DNA of 56,821 bases, counting the filler, from Bipalium vagum (taxonomy: Eukaryota): assembly GCA_037834085.1 (NCBI GenBank). It is 3 parts of 3 records of this genome, joined end to end, with 100 filler letters (N's around TTAATTAATTAA, not from the genome) between each part and the next. Parts side by side here need not be neighbours in the genome. Positions count along the whole stretch, not along the records: positions 37,055 to 56,821 come from JBBMKC010268099.1; 2 more parts are not named here. One strand, written 5' to 3'. The position numbers and the translations under genes are program-made. Under the pieces are notes generated by a model. That model was not told where the DNA came from. It was given only the letters and a program-made list of their open reading frames with translations, and did no database searches. This document shows, piece after piece, positions 50,601 to 56,821 of the stretch (its first letter is position 1; every line of letters begins with the position of its first letter).

Positions 50601-53600
50601 TAAACAAACATTTTTTACACTTAAATTGATGGATAATTATTCAGATATTAAAATTGTATTTATCACATTTATTAACGACAGAGCTTATTAAAATTGTGGA
50701 AACTGTTATCGGATTCCGGAAATGAATTCACACCCTTCTTGAATGTTCAAACTTATGCTTTTAATTTTGGGTTTCCTGATCCAGTTTCGCCTCTACATTT
50801 ATACAATTTATATTACTACATTTCTTGAAAAATGATTTATTTTTTTGTATTCATAAAAAATAAAGATTGTAAGATATTTCCAACTTGATCATGTACGAAA
50901 GATGACTGTTGGATCTTGGAGAAAAATGAAGATTATTTTAAAACCAGTTAATATAGTTTCGTTATCAATATCGACGCATAAAAATAAGATTTTATAGCAA
51001 GACGTTGAAGTTGACGACTGCCATAATTTATCTTTTGAAATGTCCTCTACGCTTTCAAGTGTCACTTTTTCGGTCCCAGGAACTCAGTGAACTGATGGAA
51101 ATTTATTTTTAAAATCCTCCCTCTGTGGAGACATAAATGGAATTCATTTAATCCAGTTTAATCTTTCTCATCTCCACTTCCTCTTTCTCCAAGGACTGAT
51201 TTTATCTTGATAATCATTTTCAATTCGAAATATAAGTACAATTTGTGTTTTTGTACCAAATGATATTCCCATATCACCAGTTTTCATCCTCCACTTCCAA
51301 GCTCCTCCACCTTCCAAACATTGTCGAAATGATACAGCTCAAATTATTGATTAAAACAAATAAAAAATAATTTACAAAAATAAATAAAAAAATAATTAAT
51401 TTTCCCCAACCGAAACGTCTCAAATGTTCGACAATCAAAAGTCGGTGGCCACCACTAAAAAAAAAACAAATAAATTTCATTGAAAAATAATTTTATTTTT
51501 ATCATTAAAACAAAAAAAAAGGATTCGCAATTTTTGTTTTCATTAAACAAGGAAAATTTCAGAAAATTCGCTCGAGAATAATTTCTGAGGAAATAATTTT
51601 TCTACTTAAATTATCAAAAATAAGTTTCAAGATTCCATTTCGTTGTTAGTGAAGTTTCCTTAAATTTCTCTTTAATATGTATGTAACACGTTGTACCATG
51701 GCCTTTCTTTTAGCGTCTGCAACATCAAAGATATTTGATTTACATTGTTTTTATCTTTTCATTGATGGTGAATAGATCTTCCTCTCTCAATATGACTTCC
51801 TACTTCAGTCTAATCATGAAAACACTATATTTACGAAATAAAATTCTTAATAATAGAGTCGTTCTGTTTTTCTGGGTGATGGATGCAAGGATAGTTTCAA
51901 TGCTCACCAACATTGTATTATGTTGTTGATGAAAGGGCGAAATTATATTACATTTTTCCCCAACTACTCAGTCAATCATCTGAATTTTTTCCGTTGAAAA
52001 AAAAACCCCTAACACAAGAGACAGGCAGAACAAAAAAACCGTTTTTATTTTTCCATATGAAAGACGACAAAAAAAGAAAAGAAAATCGTTTTTCCATCAA
52101 ATCATAATTGAAGATCATTACCAAAAGGTGGGAACTAATCCATGAAACGATCTATCTAATTTGAGCGCACGCTTCAATGGATGTCTTGTCGTGAGGCCTG
52201 GTTCTAGTAGTTCTGTTTTCGACCGATGTTGCAATCGAGAGAAGAATAAAAAATAAAACGAGGAGGAAAAAATAGAGTATCCACTTGAGCTCATTAGTGA
52301 AGCTACTTTAAACATATTCAATATCAAAAGACTCATTTGTAGGATCTAAATTTCACGGTTTCCGTGAATAAAACTTTACCACTGTGTTTCGTCGATTCCT
52401 GACTCTTATTAGACTACTGATTATTTTTGTTTCGTGTTACAAAGAAACTCAATCAATCATTTTAATGTTCTTTTCTTTNNNNNNNNNNNNNNNNNNNNNN
52501 NNNNNNNNNNNNNNNNNNNNNNNNNNNNNNNNNNNNNNNNNNNNNNNNNNNNNNNNNNNNNNNNNNNNNNNNNNNNNNNNNNNNNNNNNNNNNNNNNNNN
52601 NNNNNNNNNNNNNNNNNNNNNNNNNNNNNNNNNNNNNNNNNNNNNNNNNNNNNNNNNNNNNNNNNNNNNNNNNNNNNNNNNNNNNNNNNNNNNNNNNNNN
52701 NNNNNNNNNNNNNNNNNNNNNNNNNNNNNNNNNNNNNNNNNNNNNNNNNNNNNNNNNNNNNNNNNNNNNNNNNNNNNNNNNNNNNNNNNNNNNNNNNNNN
52801 NNNNNNNNNNNNNNNNNNNNNNNNNNNNNNNNNNNNNNNNNNNNNNNNNNNNNNNNNNNNNNNNNNNNNNNNNNNNNNNNNNNNNNNNNNNNNNNNATAG
52901 TAATAATAATATTGATAACAATAATAATTATAATAATAATAATAAAAAAATTAAATAATAATAATGATAATAGTTGATAATAATAATTAAAACGATATTC
53001 GCTTTTGGTTTTGTTGTTGTTTGATTGTTGAATATTTTAGTGCTATTTTTGATGCCATTACTGAAGAGCGCTGTAAAACAAAAAAGTCTTCAATTGTTGA
53101 CAAATTCGGTTTGTATCTTCTCTGGAAGGACAACAAGTATGGAATGAATCTTCATCAGTCAATTAATTTGTTTTCAATGTAAAACATTGTGGTAATTGAT
53201 TAAGAATGATTTTTTGTCAATGTTGACTTTGTTACTGTCCTCTGGTCGGATATCGTTGTTGTTAACATCTATATCATGTTTCTCACACTGAGTCTCGCAA
53301 TACCAGCATTCACCGTTGCTGTTCCGTTTCTATCTGCGATCAGATTTCAATTAAATAAACAAGTCTTCCTCGACGTTTAGACTTTTAATCTCTTTACAAC
53401 GGATTTCGCTGAATTCTTGATGACATTTATTTGAGTATTATTATTATTATTAATAATAATAATAATCACTGACCAATTGGTATCCAGTTATGATGCTTGA
53501 TCATTATGTCTATACACAAATGGTTTCGGTCCAACCTACATGAGCTGACATAATATTTGTTAAAAGTTGATTATTCTTATAATACGGGGGGCACTCATTT

Positions 53601-54122
53601 ACGACATTGATTACATCCTGAAAATATTAGTATTATATATGAAAAATAATGTTTAGTCCTTAGAATTTATTTTTTAATTTTATATCTTTAATTAATATTT
53701 TGTTCTTATTCGCCTGTTTATTTGAAATTTAAGCAATCCCTCTTATCATACAAATGGTAATAATGAAACAATGAAAATAAAATTACTAAAATAATAAGTA
53801 ATATAAAGATCGTTTATTATATATTAAGACACCGGTATTACAAAACTTGAGTTGTATCGAAAAATAAAATCATAAAAATAATAAATAAAAATATAATAAA
53901 AGCCAATAAAGTTATTTAAAAATATATGATTAAAATGTTAATGGATATATTAATAATAATTATTAATTAGGACTGTTAACAATATATATATTTACATTTA
54001 TATATAATATTTGTGAAAATTCTAAACCCATTTAATTATATAACCGAATTATAAAATAAAATTGTTTATATATTAAACAATATTAAAGCTTTGTATATTT
54101 TTGTTGTATATAAAGTTTCAAG

Positions 54123-54604
54123 ATGAAGCGAAAATGGTACACAATAAAAGAGAAGCTTGGAAAGACTATCAGAAGGAAACATTGCACAGGTGACCAGGGA
54201 ACTTGGGATCAAAAGGAAAAGTTTCAGAAATTTGATAGATTAAAATTCGTGTCTTTTAAACTCGAAAACAAACGTTATTTCACGAAGGCAGGGTCAAAAA
54301 ATGATTTTATAATGAAGAGATGGATAAGGGTTTACTTTTTGAATAGAGGAATTGTCTTTGCTAAAGAAAACATCTTGAGTATTATGGACTGTTTTGGGAT
54401 TCATAAAAGGGAAAGTGTTTGCGAATGTTAAATTGTAAAGTTTTATCTATTCCAACCAAAAAAACTTGCTTTTTACGGCCGTTGGATGTAAGTATCAATG
54501 TATATTTTAAATCTTTCTTGACAGTTGGATGGACCAACGGGATGGCTGATGGAACAAAGGAATTCACCACCAAAAGGATTTATCAACGATTTCTTAATAG
54601 TTAA
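54123..54604 (+). mobile_element. pogo/Tigger-like (DDE_1) transposase remnant
   Basis: IMKRWI...ILSIMDCFGIH (fs) VLSIPTKKTCFLRPLDVSINVYFK matches the DDE_1 motifs D.F..H and IP..T..LQPLDV..N..FK. Confidence 0.8.
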
Positions 54605-55069
54605 CTTTCTAAAAGGAAAATCAAAACATAAAACTAAGTAAAATACATTCATTTAAAAATACCACAGTTTATCTTTAGGGGTATGCATAGCTTTAGGTCT
54701 TTTTTGAAATATAATTTAATTTTATAAAAAACCTAGAAATTATTTATTTATACAAAAGGTACAAAAGATCAAGCAATAATACAAGACCCATTATTGTCAA
54801 TCACGGTTGCCACCCTTCAGGTAATTGGCGAATTCCAGAACAATCGAAAGTTGTAGGCTTCGAAACAGGACAATTATCCAGATATTCTCGAATCTCGGAA
54901 ACATTTTTGAGGTAACATCCCGCTGAAAAGTGTCGCATATCATAGCATAACCAGTTACAAAATATTAATTAATTAAGAATATTAATTAAATATCAAAGCT
55001 TTACCGTGTCATAAATTTAATAATTTTAAAATAATAGAATAATAACTAAATTAAAATTAAAATAATTGT

Positions 55070-55129
55070 TTAGTAATAATATTATGATTATTTATTAAAT
55101 ATAATAATTTAATAATAATAATAATAATG

Positions 55130-55170
<41 letters not shown>
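55070..55170. repeat. (AAT)n microsatellite
   Basis: Near-perfect AAT run at 55110-55168. Confidence 0.9.
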
Positions 55171-55172
<2 letters not shown>

Positions 55173-55563
55173 TTATTATTTATATAACATTAATTCAAAA
55201 TAACAATATTTTCTGATTTTTAAACATAAAAATCACAAAAACTGCAAAATCCTTGATATATTTAAACAATAAAATTAATTACGAAAAAATTATATTTTTC
55301 TATTATTTTTTCCAGTTTATCAGTCATATCCTTGAAAATATGTTTTCAAATGAAATATGATCAAAAACGATCCTAACTTATTTCTTAAAGAACCACTGAC
55401 CGGATAGGAATGACAGAAAATAGATATTTACATTACAGTTTTTAAAAAAAAATTCGTTTTAGCGGAAACCTTAAATAATGTGTGGGACAGTTAATCACGA
55501 AATCCATATATTTCCAAAAAAATTTTCAAATTTCATTAATTAATTTCTAATTCCAATTAAAAT

Positions 55564-56337
55564 CTAATGAAAATAATTATAATGTGGTCTGGCATGTTCG
55601 TTGTTGAGTTTGATGATAATTTCTGATGGAAGTGGAGACCGAGTTCGGTCGAGATCGATTCGAAAACTCAAACCGTTTCTCAACGGTTCCACGTTCCGGT
55701 TCAATGGTTTGATGATTTTCTCAAATAGCCGTAAAATTTCCATTAAATATATCAATGTAAAATCGACTTTATTCTTGTGGATGTCCATGTAATTTTCGTG
55801 GCTATTAATTATTTTTCCATGGGGGAAACGTTTTTTGTCAGTATTCATTTCATTTTCAATTAAAACAATTTTCTCTTTTAATTTCGTCTGAAAATCTTGT
55901 CGTTCTCCAATTATTTTTGACAATGAATTTGGCTTGAAAGTGTCATTGGAATTATTTTTCAGCAAATTATCCGGTTTGTTAACAGAGGTCCCATAATCTG
56001 TCAACTTTTTCCTGTCATGTAAAAAATCATGTTTTTTCGGACGATGCACAATTAACTTTTTATTTGCAACATTTACATTTGTCTTCATGTCTCCGTAATA
56101 AGCGACCTTTTCTCGCTCTTCATTACGTCTAATGTGTCTTGGACCATGTTGCTTTTGGTGAATGTGTCCATGGATATTACTCTCACCAATGTCATTTGAC
56201 CTTCTCCAAGGTTTTCTTTGTTGCCTGTGGATTTTATGGTAACATCTATTGCGAAAACATTTCGATCGAAATTCTTCATAATGTTGGCTCGTACAGATGG
56301 CAATGAAAACTGTAAGACAGATTAACGCGAAATTCAT
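55564..56337 (-). CDS. Orphan secreted protein (257 aa), basic/His-rich, with dibasic sites
   Basis: Long intact ORF in very AT-rich DNA, AAAATG start context, signal peptide MNFALICLTVFIAICTS. No domain recognised. Confidence 0.75.
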   Translation of the reverse strand: MNFALICLTVFIAICTSQHYEEFRSKCFRNRCYHKIHRQQRKPWRRSNDIGESNIHGHIHQKQHGPRHIRRNEEREKVAYYGDMKTNVNVANKKLIVHRPKKHDFLHDRKKLTDYGTSVNKPDNLLKNNSNDTFKPNSLSKIIGERQDFQTKLKEKIVLIENEMNTDKKRFPHGKIINSHENYMDIHKNKVDFTLIYLMEILRLFEKIIKPLNRNVEPLRNGLSFRIDLDRTRSPLPSEIIIKLNNEHARPHYNYFH

Positions 56338-56619
56338 TTTGTGATTTATAAAGATTAGTTCCGTCGACTAACCGAGTTCTCTTCTGAAAGGGGTCAAAGA
56401 TCAAGAAATGAACTCTGGGGTCGGGTTTTGATAAGTCGTCATTTCTTTATCGATATAAAGCAATGGTTTTTGGATTTTGTCAACAATAAATATTCTGTTA
56501 GTCTCACGGGAAAGTAGGCTCTTTTATGCCAATAGGACACATAAAAAAGATTTTTCGATATGACAGAAATATATTTCAATGCTAATGGAAATATTCACAG
56601 GTACTATTTTTATTGATAA

Positions 56620-56821
56620 ATAATATTATATATAAATATTATGAAAAGTATTATATAAAATATTATAAAAGATATATAAAATAATATTAAAAATAATATT
56701 AAAAATTATATATAAAATAATATAAAAAATAATATTAAAAATTATATATAAAATAATATTTAACGTAATATTTAAAATAATATATAAAATAATATTTAAA
56801 ATAATATATAAAAGAATATAT
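56620..56821. repeat. AT-only minisatellite/low-complexity repeat
   Basis: Repeated AAAATAATAT(A/T)T units running to the window end. Confidence 0.85.

Noticed and set aside
54830-54905. Minus-strand KMFP as a candidate T-box exon 2
   Set aside because: It lies upstream of exon 1 in transcription order, and the following residues are not T-box-like.

Overview
Very AT-rich animal genomic DNA from a draft scaffold. It has five N-gaps, two of which are artificial 100-nt N44-TTAATTAATTAA-N44 joins. Most GT-AG introns are only 42-54 nt. Host genes supported from sequence: an intronless type-I membrane protein with TSP1 repeats and a PPxY tail (718-1407, -); an ING-family PHD protein (12552-13508, +); a 12-exon nischarin-like PX+LRR gene (22462-31345, +, about 510 aa); exon 1 of a Tbx2/3 (omb) T-box gene (39487-39833, -) with a long non-coding upstream region; and an orphan secreted protein (55564-56337, -). 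The rest is largely decayed transposons: several mariners, maT/DD37D, Tc1, DD39D-like, DDE_3, pogo, Merlin, MITEs and two LTR families. The most unusual signals are in the LTR elements. (1) A deleted LTR retrotransposon with a tRNA-Trp PBS and a CCHC knuckle carries an apparent ubiquitin-like domain in its polyprotein. (2) Two diverged solo LTRs keep a 76-nt multi-stem RNA element with compensatory changes, followed by a conserved GT-AG intron inside the LTR. (3) A hairpin at the U5 end is conserved across three diverged LTR variants. All calls were made by eye; no searches or folding programs were run.
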